A DNA stretch of 59,010 nucleotides, the filler included, from Sphacelaria rigidula (lineage: Eukaryota), in assembly GCA_964200075.2 (NCBI GenBank). It is 7 parts of 7 records of this genome, joined end to end, with 100 filler letters (N's around TTAATTAATTAA, not from the genome) between each part and the next. Parts side by side here need not be neighbours in the genome. Positions count along the whole stretch, not along the records: positions 1 to 8,346 come from CAXNAA020011442.1; positions 8,447 to 16,792 come from CAXNAA020011443.1; 5 more parts are not named here. The stretch is one strand, 5' to 3'. Made by a program: the position numbers and the translations under genes. This document shows positions 1 through 13,850 of this stretch, piece by piece (positions within the stretch are counted from its first letter, which is position 1; every line of letters starts with the position of its first letter). A model generated the notes under the pieces. That model made no database searches. It worked only from the letters and a program-made list of their open reading frames with translations, and was not told the origin of the DNA.

Positions 1-1610
1 TTTATATACTTTTAATTTTTAATTTTATTTTTTAATTTTTATTCATGTATGGGATTTCGTGCCCCCCCCCCCAAAAAAAAAAAACACCTAGGATTCGAAA
101 AATCGGCATAGGGCCTCGCTGTTGTTTTTTTGGGCACTCCTGTGTGCACTGGTATTTGTTTTTATTATGCCCTGTTCATTGTCCATACCAAATTTCAGGG
201 TCCAACTCTAAATGTTGGCCGGTGAATGGGCCGGCAAACTACAAATTCGCTTCTGGGCTGGCCCAGCTTGTTCATTTAATTGAAACGGGCGAAGCCTGCA
301 ACACAAGCCAGATCTCCCACACACAGTTAATGGTAACTCAACGCGCGATTACGGCCGAGGGCCGAGGGTTCAAAATCGGCACTTGCCCAAAATTGAGGAC
401 TTTTTCAAAATCAGACGAAGGTCTCAAGCATGGGACATGTCTTGTTTCACTATACCGCAGCACAAACACACTCCCGCCTCCTCTCATGTGCTGGAGCTGT
501 AACTGTACTGTGGTGTGTTCACGCATTGCGAAGACGGTTTGGATTACCTGAGCTGCGACATTGTCGTTGTGTTCGTCTCTGTAGAAAATAAATGTAGTCG
601 GCATGCCGTGCTGTCTGCACACTTTTGAAAACTTCATGGTGTGTTGGCTGTTTCGTCTTCCGTAAAACGAGCAAGGCGCTGCCCGCTGCTGCAGCATCTG
701 TTTTGCTGGTGCTGGGCGTTGCGGCTGTGTATTACTTGCGTCGGAACATGTGAATGTGTGCATGATTGGCTGTGAGATTAGACCGCACGATTAGTAGGTT
801 TCAGACTACCCTTCAAGTAGTTTAGTTTCCAAGGAGAATGGAGCGATCTGATTGGCAGTTACCAAGTGAAACTGTTGCGCTGGCTCTTCAGTCTGCCGAG
901 ATACGAAAACGTTCAAAATCCTCCTTTCGTTGTTCAGCGCACTCAGTACAATTTAGTACTACTGTTTTCACGCGCTCTTACCCACTCATAAAATAACAAT
1001 ATAATAGTAAAATCCAGCTGCAGGTCCAATCTCTTTTCTGGGGATTATTGAGAAATGTTGCTCCCTTGACCGGTCGGAGTGGAAGCTCAATGTTATGGAT
1101 AGACTCTGGAATAGACTATCCAGGCAATGCCCAGTAGCACAGCGCAGGCAGGGTGTTTGGTGTGGTGTTTGTACGGAGCAACCGCTGTCGGTTGAAGAGT
1201 CAAATGCAGGACTTTTCTTTCAGTCCTGCGCCGAAATAAAAAACAAGAACATATCGGAATGTACGCACTATATTTGTGAATGGCCGCATTTGGCCCGCAT
1301 ACAAAACTCATTGCACTTTTGAAAACGAAACTTCGCTTGTTTATTTCTCGACTTTGGGTAGAGTCACCACCATGAAACTTGTGCACTAGTCGGACACAAC
1401 ATAGACAGCACGTGCATCAGTCGGCGGCACGTTCAGGCGTTCAGGCAAGTTGAACAAAGCGATTATTTGGAGTCTCGACAATACCCGCGATGTGCCCTCA
1501 AACCGACTCTCTCGCAGCTCAGCTTGTACACCGTGAGTTAGTGCATGTCTGGGCACGCTGGTGCATCCACATGATGAGCACCTGGGGGGAGTGCTGCGCT
1601 CGCAAAGATC

Positions 1611-2189
1611 CAAGTTTGTGTTCCATAGGGTACGGGTATGTTCTGTCGGGTATGAGATTCCCTACAACACTTACAGAAATATCGGGCACCGGTATGAAAG
1701 TCTTGCGAAAATTACCAAATTGTCGGGTACCGCTTCGAAAGTCTTACAGAAATGACAGGACTTGTTGGGTACGGTGTTGGAGGCTGACAGAAAAACGGTA
1801 CTGGCAACCGGGTATCTCATCAACAGAATACCCGCGCTCCGGGTACGGGTAAATATTCTGCATAGAACCCACAGAACTGTCAGGTAAGGGTATGAGAGGC
1901 TTACATAACTCACAGAAACTGTCAGGTAGGGTATGAAGGTTGCACGGAAAACCGTACCGAAACCCAGGTATCCTATCAAGAGCGTACCTGTACCCCCCGG
2001 TAACGGTACAGGAGGCTTACAGAACTCACAGAATTATCGGATAAGGGTATGAAAGTCTTATAGAAGTCACAGAACTATCGGGTACCGGGATGAAAGTCTC
2101 ACAGAAATCACAGAACTGTAAGGTACGGTAAACACCCAGGAAAATACCCCTGGTACACAGAAAACTGTACCCTACAACACACGACCTTG
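1611..2189. mobile_element. ~580-bp non-autonomous TIR element with internal ACAGAAC/GGGTATG sub-repeats
   Basis: Imperfect terminal inverted repeat: left CAAGTTTGTGTTCCATAGGGTAC vs reverse complement of right end CAAGGTCGTGTGTTGTAGGGTAC. The interior is many copies of (C/T)TACAGAACT...GGGTATGA. The same family recurs at 46391-47430. No clean TSD. Confidence 0.65.
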
Positions 2190-3519
2190 GTACTATCATC
2201 ACCCCTGTGGTAGGACCTGCGTCACTACAGTCGCGAACTACAGATGACAGTTCACCAAAAATCTGAACGGCTTCACGGGGTTGATGGAGAAGTACTACAC
2301 GAACACTCGCAGCACTCGCACACTCACAGTAGTAGATGTGCACGGGGATCGTCAACACCTATCGGCTTCACGTACACTCCCACGTAGTACATGAAGGAGC
2401 ATTCACGGCTACCCGCTCTCTGGGAGCCCTTCGGCACGACAAAATTGTCGATAACCTTGACGATTTCCGGTGGCAGCTCATACTCTTTGCTGTGCACGTC
2501 GATAACGACCTGGGCCTTTATGGCCACGACACAACCACCATCAACGTCGCTCACCGAAAAGCTGTTCACACGTTGATCACGAGATACACGGCGCGCGACA
2601 CACTTCTCGATAGTCCCTGATCCACAAGGCTGAACAAACGAAAACACAGAAATCAGTCGTGCCGCATTTTCTCGTCATCTATTTATTTTTGGTAAGAGAC
2701 GCCCTTCCCTGATAAAGTTTGGCGGGTTTTACACCATGATTTGGGCATCCGCCCGCGTGATACTTGCCATGAAGCATTTTAGTGAAGGAAACAACCGCCG
2801 CTGTACTGCCGCTGTCAACGACTATCTAGGGTAATGTGCTCTACCTGTGCAGCTGTACTGCATGTACTGCACAGCGGTGCTCGCTGCACAGCAGTATTGC
2901 TGCACCGTACGCTGCATGTTGTCAACTCTTCTGAGTGCAGCTGTACTCCATGTGTGCGCTGTCTGCACCAGCTAGTTGCACTGTGCTGAATAGTAAGCGT
3001 TTGAAATAAATCCTTTTTTCCGACGACGCAGACAGACGGAATCTTGGGCCCAGGTTCCTGGAGTAACTGCGGTACTGCAACAAGTGTGCAGTGAAGATAT
3101 ATCGAACTGGGAACGTGACCACAAAATATTAGGCAGCGCAGGGCTCCGTAGATTCGAGATTGGACGCATGGGTCTTAGGCCGCTTCTTCTGGCAAACAAA
3201 GAAAATACAAGCTCAGAATCTTTTTCAAGAATACCAACTGAGGTCTTCCGACTTTATCTTGATTTGACAGAGGTTGGGGGGGGGGCTAGATATCTGAGGC
3301 TCTAGTCCACGGAGCCCCCTGAGTAACCCGCTAAACACCGCGAGCTGTCGGCCGTGACCATCTCTGCTCAAAAGCTGTGATTGCGGGGCATTTTTCTATG
3401 TAGTATTTATCCCGACGGTGACATGTTGCACGCTAGCTTGTGAAATCAAGCGGCATCTCTGTTGTTATGTCAGATGTAAGGCGGGACGATTAAAATCCGC
3501 CACACGCTCTCTGTTTCAG

Positions 3520-5754
3520 CGGCATATTCGTATCTCGCGTTGGTGTATAACTGGACTCATTGACCGAGGCGAAGCGTTGCCTGAGATATCAGTCCCTGAA
3601 AAATATATAGTGGATGTCAGCAGTTATTGCGGGCGCACCTACGCTCCAGCATGCCGACATGGTGAGCAACGCGAGCAAACGATAGGAAAGGGCGGCTCAG
3701 GTTTGAATGTGTGCTGAGCTGCGCCCCGACAAAACTCCTTGCCACGCGCATTTTTCACATCCCAGTAATCGCTCGGCCGCCTGAGGCGAAGTCAGGTTCG
3801 ATTGGATGAGCTCATTACCGACAAGCTCTTCTCCTCCACGGTGATGTGCGTCGTACTTCTCACGGGACATTGGAGCTTATGACACTCAGCATAGCTACGA
3901 ACATATCACCTAGATTTCGGGGCCCACCGATTTACACAAAATTGCGCTTCAGATCTGTTTAAACCACCCGTGAGTATCATTTTCCGTTCAATCGCCCTGC
4001 ACATATTGTACTTTTCTTCTCGAGATTCAGGGTGTCAGTGCCATCCAACTGCCGCCCATGCGCAGGTAGCATCCATCTATGCTTCCAAAAACAGTCGAAA
4101 AAGTCGCGGGACGATCAACCATGAAAAATCGGAACAATTAACACTAGCCGTCAAGGAGTCAGAAGTGCAATGTGTGCACCCATGGAATGGCCATCGACGA
4201 CACTGTACTCGTGCGGGTTAGGGTAGATATGTACAGTAACCCTCGTGGTGTGCGCGTCTGGGGGGTAGGTTGAGTGAGGTGTCAGCCTAGCACCCCAGTG
4301 TGCTACGCAATTTTGTTTTGCTGAGAGTAGCCTACATGGGGAATGGTTGCAGCGTAATTCAACGAGGTAATAGTAAAAGCCGGCATTGTTTTTCCTATAG
4401 AATTTTTGGTCGTTTGCACGAATCAATCATACTATTCATGCAAGGCTGGTGATCCGTACACCGTTTCTACCTGTGATTCATGCGGCATAAATCAAGTTTA
4501 TACTGAAGGTCTCCCACCCTTCTTCGTGCGCAGGAATGAAATGTACATGCTTGCCCATGGGTGGTTCGTACGGCATCACTTTTTCGAACGTTTAGCCCAC
4601 CCGCTATAATCCAGGATGGGGACGCCACAATCTGGCACGTAGCTACTTTCGTGCAGATTTTGACAACCTGACCAGCGGGGGCAATTGCCGACCGCGTTCA
4701 TTTCGCGGCTGAGCGATAAACCGCTGGAAGTTAGGGTCATGTCGGTGTTCCTCGCGCAACCGCCTGTCTGGGCAGCCACCACCTCGTGCCAGTACGCGCG
4801 TAGAGCGCTCATATCGATCGGATTTGCACTTTCGCAAGAGGCTGCCTAATAAAGCAAATCAATATTTTGTCGCATATATCCCTTCGATAACTAAATTTGC
4901 GCTGTAGGCTTGGGAATAGGAAATGCCAGCACACCGCTTTCAAAATTGACCTCTGCAAACCTGCTCAAGTGCTTTTTTGTATTATCTGTTCCTTGACAGC
5001 ACCAATTCCTGGGTAAGACGGAAAAGGCCGGGGAATCCAACAAAGCGGGCTGGCTGGTGATGAAGAACGCAATCGTACGGCAGGTGAGGCCGCCGTTGCA
5101 CTAGTGCCGCGGACGCGAGCAGTCCCAAGTACTCACTATAGCAGGTTTTCCTCCGGCTGTACATTGGTTTCCCTTCGACCTCATTGGGCGATGATTCAAC
5201 TGTACCTTGAAATGCAGGCCGCATTAGCTCATATCAGGGCTCAAGAGTCCGTTCAATCGCGCAATTGGGACACGATCTCTATTGAAGACTACATGGATAC
5301 GATAGAACGGCTTCTACCAGACATGGATGTGGACATGGATTCGCTGGAGGATGATGAGCAGCTACAGATCATATCTGCCCAGAAACAGCGACATACTCTG
5401 GAAGACATTTTCGAATGCAAGGGCACTGCAGTGAGCAGTCTCAAGATTCGCTCGCTGCTTCATGTAAGTGGATGATCCGCTGAAAGCATTGTGATGTAGG
5501 CGTCGTATATAGTGATACAACCGTAGGGCCGTGTTCACTTGGTGTGCTTGATCGCCCCGTAGCCGCGCTCGTGGTGTTGCTTATGGCGTGTGGTATCTAG
5601 CACATCTTTGCATTTTTTTGTACGTGAGCGACTGACCTGTCGGCGCCTGTTGTCCCCTGCATAGGAATACTCCCTCGAGACTTTCAAGAAGCAATTAAAG
5701 GAGTTCACATATACGCTGGACAGAGCACTGCTGTCGGAGCCAAAGCTGGTGCAG
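3520..5754 (+). pseudogene. Decayed multi-exon gene, possibly a P-element/THAP9-like transposase
   Basis: GT-AG bounded exons at about 3520-3661, 3766-3840, 4031-4216, 4533-4840, 5218-5463 and 5665-5754; the last two are open and phase-0 compatible. Upstream exons carry stops and frameshifts. Motifs HGMAIDDTVLV and RVMSVFLAQP loosely resemble P-type transposase N-terminal catalytic motifs. Confidence 0.35.
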
Positions 5755-6054
5755 GTGAGTGACGTTGATGAAACGATCTACCCACTGAAGTACTTACTAT
5801 ACGGTAGCAGGGAAGTAAACGAGTGAGCCAACGAAATACACTACCGCAGTAAACTAAGCAATCGTTTCACAGTTTATACAACTGATGAGGTACTTTATTT
5901 TGAAGTAAACATGGTCCGCCGGCTCCACGTATTATAGCAGTCTTCATGTTTCAGCAAATACATGATCACCGACATCCTTTTTTGTAGCTGTGCAGCATTT
6001 AAAAGGGGTTATAGGATCTAATTTACCGTCTAACTACGTGGAGGCATGTTTGTC

Positions 6055-6980
6055 TCAGGGCTGTCGCCAAGAAACAGTCTGTCTTCTTTTCTCCGCGTGC
6101 TTGCTTTGTAAACGGAAGGCCTTCTCGTTTACGTAGTGGAACGTCGCGCGGTCTATGACCTGCGAGCGGGTGAGGTCGGCGTAGTTGAGAGAGTCTAATC
6201 TCTCACCCTCCCTCCGCCGACGCCATACTGCACGCGTCTTGATTGCTGCGATCAGACATGCAGGTGAGAGGGGAGAAAGGGGGCAATTGCGGTGGATTAT
6301 GGTAAGTACGATTCGTGTTTCCCAAAAACAAAATCGTTGTGAGTTGTGAAACCCCAAGAAAAAAAAAATCATGACAAAAAATGGGTACAATCGAGTGCTA
6401 TCTATGACACAGATTGGCGCAAGCACCAGGTGCCTTGCGGTAATTGCATTCCGTCTGCCGCCGCATACTCATTCCAAGGGCTCATTTCGCGTGCACTTTC
6501 GAGGACTCTCACCTTGCAGTTGCGTGTTGTATTCGAGGTCGGAGCAGACGTTGCACGGGGCAGGAACGGACTCCGTTCTGGTGCATATGCCAGTACAGCC
6601 CGGCGATGTTGGGGTCTTCAGCGCGTGCTGATACACGGCTCCACCAGCGCACGACAACGACCACGGTGGGGAGGTAGAAGGCTGCGTGTGCAACTCCTAC
6701 GGATATTGGTCCACAGGGGTGAATTCGGCGTCTATACCCTCAACGTGGTACGGATACCCCGGACAACGGGCCCCAAGACTTAAAACATCACAGTCAGGCG
6801 GGGCTTCAGGAATCGACAAGTCGCACACGTTTGCCTCCTCAACTTCCTCTTCTTCCTCTCCTCTTCTTCCTTTTCCGCTTCTTCTTCATCCTGTACAGTG
6901 CCTGCGACTCGCACCTCGGCGGCACCCCCCTCCTCCTTCATAGGTTCGCCCTCCCGATCATCATCAGCCACGACCACAGC
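6055..6980 (-). pseudogene. Decayed Cys/His-rich protein fragment, probably transposon-derived
   Basis: Frameshifted reading CATC...CPGYPYH...QYP*ELH...W...GCTGIC...PCNVCSDL, followed by LNYADLTRSQVIDR and a basic stretch; in-frame stops present. Confidence 0.3.
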
Positions 6981-8346
6981 CGAGTGCAGTTGGTTGTGCT
7001 GTGGATGGCACGGCGGGGTCTGCCCCCCTTGTTGTGGCGCCGAAAAAGGATGTAATGTTTCGAGTATTATCTATATCTCTTCTCCTGCGTTCGGCGCGCT
7101 CCATCGATTCCCTGATGGATATGTTCACCGTGGATGCGACGGGGGCAGGAGATGTTGAGCTTGAAAATAGATAAATATCTGGTACTAGAGAGTTTCGGAA
7201 CACAAACATCTTGACAAAAATAATCAGGGATAATCATCCTTTTATTGGGTGATAGAATGAAGGCGCACGCTATCCCTTCAGTTTCGGGCTCAAAATTGTG
7301 TTCTCCGAAACTTCAATAATTTTTTGTCGCCATGATATCGTGTTCCCTTTTCCCCCCAAAATAGTAATCCGACCCCAACATCCACATCCAACCAACCAAA
7401 TAATTAATTGAATACATGAATTTAATGAATTTAGTAATTTATTGAATTTAATTATTATACGAAAACATTTAAATTAACTTTTATATTCGATTGTAGTACC
7501 TACCGTTGACCTCTCAAGATCATCTCCTGCGAATTTACTGTATCCTCTAGTTCCTCTGCACGAAGAACGCTGCACTCTCCGAATATCCCGTGCATAGGCA
7601 CATGTCCACAACAGTTCATCTATCACTTGTCTACGACGTAAGTTTCGCCGTCGCCACAGGTTAGCATTACCGTATGCTTCGGAATATCGCAACAACCCGT
7701 GGTGGGGGTGTCATCCACCGTCATCTCTACAGGCCGTGATGTTCATCGGCGCTTCACTTGGCAATGATTTGATATGTCACTCATGTCTCACCGGTGGGAT
7801 GCTGATGCCGTGTGCTGTAGTACGTTATGCCGGAGGCGATTCCCATCGCCGAAGGTATGACCGCAAGAGCACGGCCATGCGTATATCTCGCGTTCACCCT
7901 TCCCAATCCTTGTGGCACCTGTGGCACACTTCCAGCGCCTGTGCCCCCAGCGCTTTCATTTCCACTACCTGAATCTACGGACATGTTCTTCTCGACTTGC
8001 CTAGACGTTGCTCAGCCAAGGCTCGACGTACCCCTACCACCTGCCGTGCAGCCGTAGCACACACAACTTGTACACAAGCCTGGCACAAGCCGGGAAAAGC
8101 CGTTCATGCACGTGCTGCACAGTACAGTACAATACCTACTATCCTCATTATCCATCTGATCAGGGGGGTACCTACCCCTCCACGATGGGGTACCCAGCCG
8201 TCGCCCAGAAAGAGGTTTTCGGGAATCGGGGGCGGTGAATAACGTATTTTAGTCTGTAAGGCCCCTTGTCGCGAGCAACGTGTTTTTTTCCCGTGTTTTG
8301 TTCGAGGCCCGGGTGCCAACGCATCCCCCCCCCCCCGAATGATGTG

Positions 8347-8446
8347 NNNNNNNNNNNNNNNNNNNNNNNNNNNNNNNNNNNNNNNNNNNNTTAATTAATT
8401 AANNNNNNNNNNNNNNNNNNNNNNNNNNNNNNNNNNNNNNNNNNNN
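8347..8446. other. Artificial contig linker
   Basis: 44 N + TTAATTAATTAA (stops in all six frames) + 44 N. Confidence 0.98.

Positions 8447-8503
<57 letters not shown>
8447..8503 (+). repeat. (TAG)19 microsatellite at contig start
   Basis: Direct reading. Confidence 0.97.
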
Positions 8504-8505
<2 letters not shown>

Positions 8506-9589
8506 ATAATGGAAATGGGGGGGGAACAATAAATGAACACGAAAGTTGAAAAAATTATACGAATATTGATGTGACTAGAGACCAACAGTTTCGCTGACGT
8601 GTTTGTTCCGAAACGGGGCATGGTATGTGTCGCCAGCTAGCATCATACGTTTGGCCTACCCTACACCTCACGTCGCAGGGGCGAGTCTGCGTCGTTGACG
8701 AGTGTGATCTAGCAGCCGGGGAGAAGGACGGGGTCGCTATCTCGCCGCATGATTCGAAGGACGTCCAAGCGGCCAGCGCAAGCGATCGTAAGTTCTGTAC
8801 TCTGTACTCTCTTCCGTACTGTACCGGACAAGACTTTGTACCATGCACGCGCTTATGACTGACTATCGTATAACATCACGTCTCAGAGCATTATGTTTGC
8901 AAAGAACTCTTCCCAAGAAGAGATTTTCTCTGACATGATGCATGTGTTTGCGCGATGAACATACCAGAAACCGGCCGTTTGACGCTGCGATGTTTTCAGT
9001 GAGGCTACTGCACCCCAAACCAGTCAGTGTTCAAAGCGAGCTTGCTCCCAAGGAATACGTCCTGTTGGGTTCAGCTCTTTGCTGTGTACGTGCATTTGGG
9101 CAGCGCACGGTAGAGTATGCTGGGGGGACGCTTCCCCTCCCCCTCCCCTTCCCCCCAACCATAACTCTCTCAGATTTAGTCGTTCTTATGAAATAGCCAC
9201 ACCCATGGTAGCGTTATGTCAACATATTATCTCCGCTTGCTGCCGGTGACAAAATGACAGCAGACACCCCCACCGGGCATGAGTCGAGTGGAGTGCCGGG
9301 TGCGGCGATTGACCACAGCACTGAGCGGAAAATGTCGGATGATGGAGCGGGAGTCCCCGTCGGGGTTTTTGAGGTGCTGGAGAGCTCTGCTTCATCTTCT
9401 AGCAGTGAGAGCGGAAGGTGAGTTCGTCTACGGTAAACAGGTGCACGTCTCAGTTGAGATACGCCCAAGGTGTCTAGCTGTGATATTTCTGTGTCGCGGG
9501 AATCGTGGGGCGCAGAGTGACACCGAGGGTATCCCAGAGGTGACTTCTTCATGGAATGGTAGTATAATAGTAGTGAAACCCATTGCACG

Positions 9590-10050
9590 GGCACTAGGGG
9601 AGTACGGCGCGTCTGTCATGTGCAAAGCAGCCACAATGCCCGCTGTTTGAATATGGTCATCGATACTTTACCTTGCAGTCGATCCCACGCGAGCCTGGGG
9701 CTTTCAGACCTTTCCTTTGGGGACAAACAAGCATAAAGCATTGGTAATCACGTTCCCCAACCATGAAGGGCAAATGGAACTATCCGTTGCTGAACGTTCT
9801 GCGTTCTACTTTTGTCGGATCAGCATTCGGCGCTTTTTTTCTGTGTTCAGACCGCGGAGCCAATGCACTGTTGGTTCATTGTGGATAATCGACAGCACAA
9901 CTCAACTCAAGGGCAGAGGCTCACATATATTTTCATCGTCGACGCGCCCAATGTATCTAAAGAAGCGTCTGGCTCCCACGAACCACGCAAACCATATCAG
10001 CCGTGCACTGATGAAGTCTTCCCCGAGCTATGGACGATTGAACACAGGGG
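9590..10050 (-). pseudogene. Ulp1/SENP-like (peptidase C48) domain remnant
   Basis: His motif VLSIIHNEPTVHWL (9857-9895) followed by GLNTEKK, and Cys motif PYSNSGHCGCFA (9621-9656) resembling QxNxxDCGxF; stops and frameshifts between them. Confidence 0.55.
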
Positions 10051-11339
10051 TATCTTGACTGGCAGTTCATCTTCACGGGGGCGCATAGTCTGGGAAAACG
10101 ATAACGGAACGGGGGACCCGGGGGGTGAGGTGGGGTGAAGTTGATGATGGTGTGGAGCCCTTGCGATCTCTCAGGTCTTGAGAGCTGTTAGCGGTGTTTG
10201 GCATCGCCATGGTGACACCCCCCCCCCCTCCTCAAGTGACGTCGTTTCGCAGATAACCAATACTCGTGCGCGCAGCTGTGGACGATGGAATGGCCAGTCT
10301 CTCTATCATCAGTGTGTCTCTTTTGATGATGGACGGCAAGTCAGAATCGAATTCGCTGACGTATTGCTCCTCGTCTACAGCAGTTGCACAGTTATCAACG
10401 GTTTCTGGGAAACCTTGTGCTCCACGTCCTACCGCCTCTACTTCCCGCCCTCCGACTAGCGTCCTGCAACTACCTCTCGCTGCTGTATTTGTTCCCCCCA
10501 AGTGCCACATTAACCCTTGCACTGTGCCCGTTTCCCCCCAAACCCCGTCCAAGGCCTACCGCCTGGCATCTACCCCAAGAGTAAGCACGACGACTCAAGT
10601 GCTAGCCCGACGCCAATATCGTACCGTTGACCTCAGGTCCAACTTCAGCACTGACCCGGGCCTCGACCCCCGAACTGCGCAACCTTATGATAGGACCGGC
10701 GAGGGTGTCGGCCACGAGAGTGATGGTGATGAGGGAGAAGGTACGAAGATCGAGGGGCCCCCGTCGCTTCACTCACACTCCGAGACTTGCGAGGATATGC
10801 CACCGCCCCTTCACTCGGGGTTTGAAGGGGAGGGACAAATGCTTGATGATGACAGTGATGTCTCAGGTTCGGTCGGTTCGGAGTCCGAAGAGGACGAGGA
10901 GGACGAAGATGAGGACGATGATGAGGACGAGGTAATGAGACAAACAGAAGGAGCAACCCTGTTATCTTGCCAGGCGCGAAAGAAACTCGACGCTCCTGTG
11001 TTTTGGGTTTCTGGGGAGTCGGGGTTGGGGTTGAGGGTAGTAGCTTCGTTTGCTTGCACCGTATGTTCTCATCTCAGAGAGCTCGTCAGCCGGCGAATTG
11101 TCTTGAGATGTAGCATTCTCGGATATTTCTCCCGTCTTTCGGTTTCCAGCTACTGCTGTTGCAGAAAGCATTGACCGACTGGATTGCCCCCCTTTTTCAA
11201 CCACCTTTCTTCTTACTCCGGAATTATCAACCAAGGCATAACCACAGAACGCCTCAAAAATCTTGAAAAAAATGGACCACCTCTCCTTGCCTCGACACGT
11301 TCCTCTCCCTCGCCGCTGCGCCGCTAGCCCTTTCTTCAA

Positions 11340-13850
11340 CGGCATGGGCATTGCGAAACGCATAATACCCACAGCATTATAGAATGCACCGCAGCACTCT
11401 CGAGCATTTCATAATTGTTCAAAAAGAGTATGTAGACCAACTAACGGAAGCCGAATTTGCAGGACGAGCCCTTGGACTCCTTCATCGTCGATTGTTTCTA
11501 CGATCGAACCCGCGAGAGACTGGATTGTGCGGGAGTGGCATTTTTGGCCGACGCCGCAAAGCTGGGCAGCGACATTGTCGTAGAAGGAGAGCGGATGGGA
11601 CAAGGCGCTATGGCTCAGGTAAAGTGTAGACTATAAGGGCACACTCGTAGGGTAAATATGTGTTCAGCGCTTTTGCACACCAGAAACTGTACGGTATGCT
11701 GTTCATGCTACGTCGAATCTCCTCCTCATGACTGGATGAATTCATGTACGCGTCTCATGTGAGCATTTCTTCGAGGTAGCCCAAGTAATTTTTTGCTTGT
11801 CCGGTACTCTTTCTTCGCATCTCTTTATACGTTGGCATGTTCTATATTTCGCTCGATGTCTGCGACTGAGTCGACAACTCGCCCCATGTTAGCCCATTCC
11901 CAGGATTGTTTTCCAAGTGCCGCAAAATGATACTGGTCGGTGATACTTGGCGTCACCCGAGGAAGGACCAATCCACCCCCTCTTGACCCAATCCTCGTGA
12001 AACGATGACCTATGTGCAGATCACTGGAATATCCTACGTGGACAAGGCTAAAGATGGGAAGGTGCTCCAGCAGACGGAATATGACGGGTTGGTCGTCAAG
12101 CGGCTACGGCAGGCATGTAGATCTTTCGTGCCTGTCAACTTGGCAATGGCGTGGGATGAACTGTCTGTGTGAATGCTGTTGCTCTCATGACGCTCATGCT
12201 GCGGGGCTCGGGTGGTTTTGCAGTGTATTTTTTCTTCATGTTTCCGCTCGCCGATCGCCGTTCTTCGTTTGCGATCATGTGTTTCAGCCCACTAAATGTG
12301 GATGTTAATTAACAAGTTGCATTGGCCATCGGATAGAGACACAAGGTTTGGGGAAAAAGCGAGGCGAATCTCAGTCCATAACCCATGGGTTCATACCCGT
12401 TGTTATTGCCGTGTTTAGTACGGAATCCATGCTAGCTGACATGAGATTCCTACGGAACTGCAAATTGAAGAATGGCTATGATCTACCGTATTTGAGTTGA
12501 TGCCCCCTTCATAATCAGCGCAGTTGTTACACGCACCATTTCTATCCCAAAAAATACGTATAACTTATTTCGTGTGCCATTGACCCTCCCCGCACACCTA
12601 TTTGTTTTTCGAGCTGCGTCCCTCCCTGTCTGCACCGCTCTCGCCGTGCTCCCGCTCAAATGAAACACCTTGAACCTACTGCGACCAGGATACCAACCGC
12701 CTCGCGAAGCAACAGGCCTTGAACGAGATGAAGACCTTGATGACGTGAGTGGGGTACGGTAAAAGTGACCAATATCATTCTGTACCACGACGGTACCGTG
12801 GCTTCAGGTTCGCGCCACCCGCCGCTGGGACTACTTGTGTCTTTTGTCCGTCAGTTGCGTTCTCTAGTTCACTCAGATTTTGTCGTACATTTGCTTCTGG
12901 ATATGCGTTTTTACTTTGTGGTTGAAGGTTGCTGTTGCGTGTGCTTGAACCAAAGCGGTAAACTATTCGCGGCTCCCCGATCACCGCTTATCCTGCGACT
13001 CAAGATCTGAGTAGCCGGCTCACAAGTAGTGTCATCCCCCGGTGATCTGTGCTGCTCCTATCTCGATTGTGTGGAGAGGGGAAACGCCGCCAACAGTTAG
13101 AGACACACGAGAGAGGCAGGGTGGAATATTTTTTCCGACGAGAAACATGGAAATCATGCATGCTGTATACATGTCGTCTCGTTTGATGTCATTTGATGTC
13201 ATGTCATATCATGTCATATTATGTGCACACTCTCCGAGCCCATCGCGAGGAGGGGGCGCCTGCTTCGAACTCCACCACATGAATGCCTCTTCGTATGGCT
13301 TCTTTGACTGCATAGTTTCTCGACACAGACGGCAGTACCCAGTGCGCCCTGACTTGGACGAATACTCTCTGGTACACGAGATGGAGTGAAGGTTAGAAGT
13401 AGGCTTCTGCTCGCCTTTGGGGAAGTTCGAAATTTCCGCGGAAACAGATGTCGAACTGCAAGAGCCAGAAGAAAAGAGTGGGGTGGACAGGGAGCACACA
13501 AAAAAACTGTCCAAAATGCACAGCAGGTACCAGTTGATGGTGCATCCAAAGTGACAGCTTCGTTCACTTTTCAATCCGCGAACTGGGTTGAGTATCGGTA
13601 CGTAGTCGAATGTTTCGAAACCACACACCTAAAAACATACGGGTTTATTCGTTGGTGTGAGGTATGCATCTGCATTTTCATGTGTGTTCTTCGTCATCAC
13701 TATGATGTCGTCACGAACAAAGGTCATGCTCCAATCCTGGTCGCGACCAACGCCACGTTCGCCCGCCCACCAATCTCAGCCTTCGGTGTTTGTGGCGGAA
13801 ATTATCGCACGACAATCCATTTTGCACGACCTTCCAGCTTGTGCGTGTGA
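11340..13850 (-). mobile_element. Decayed Mutator-like (MULE) transposase
   Basis: Motifs in the expected order on the minus strand: FAR1-like RSCKMDCRAII (~13800-13830), first Asp DAARKTNR...VFFG (~12550-12620), second Asp IHTDSS (~12157-12175), frameshifted CW(E)H CxxH (~12061-12072), SWIM-like ECCGAFYNAVGI (~11360-11400). The Ulp1 remnant lies downstream. Confidence 0.55.

Noticed and set aside
160-270. Repeat shared with 18880-18990 as a regulatory element
   Set aside because: Diverged dispersed repeat fragment with no definable ends or function
45-1400. Short ORFs at the window start and most other listed ORFs under 150 aa
   Set aside because: No recognisable motifs; expected by chance in ~50% GC repeat DNA
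10266-11174. 302-aa plus-strand ORF with an acidic tract
   Set aside because: Low complexity, no domain, and antisense to the SWIM-Ulp1 interval of the MULE; probably a shadow frame, though not excluded
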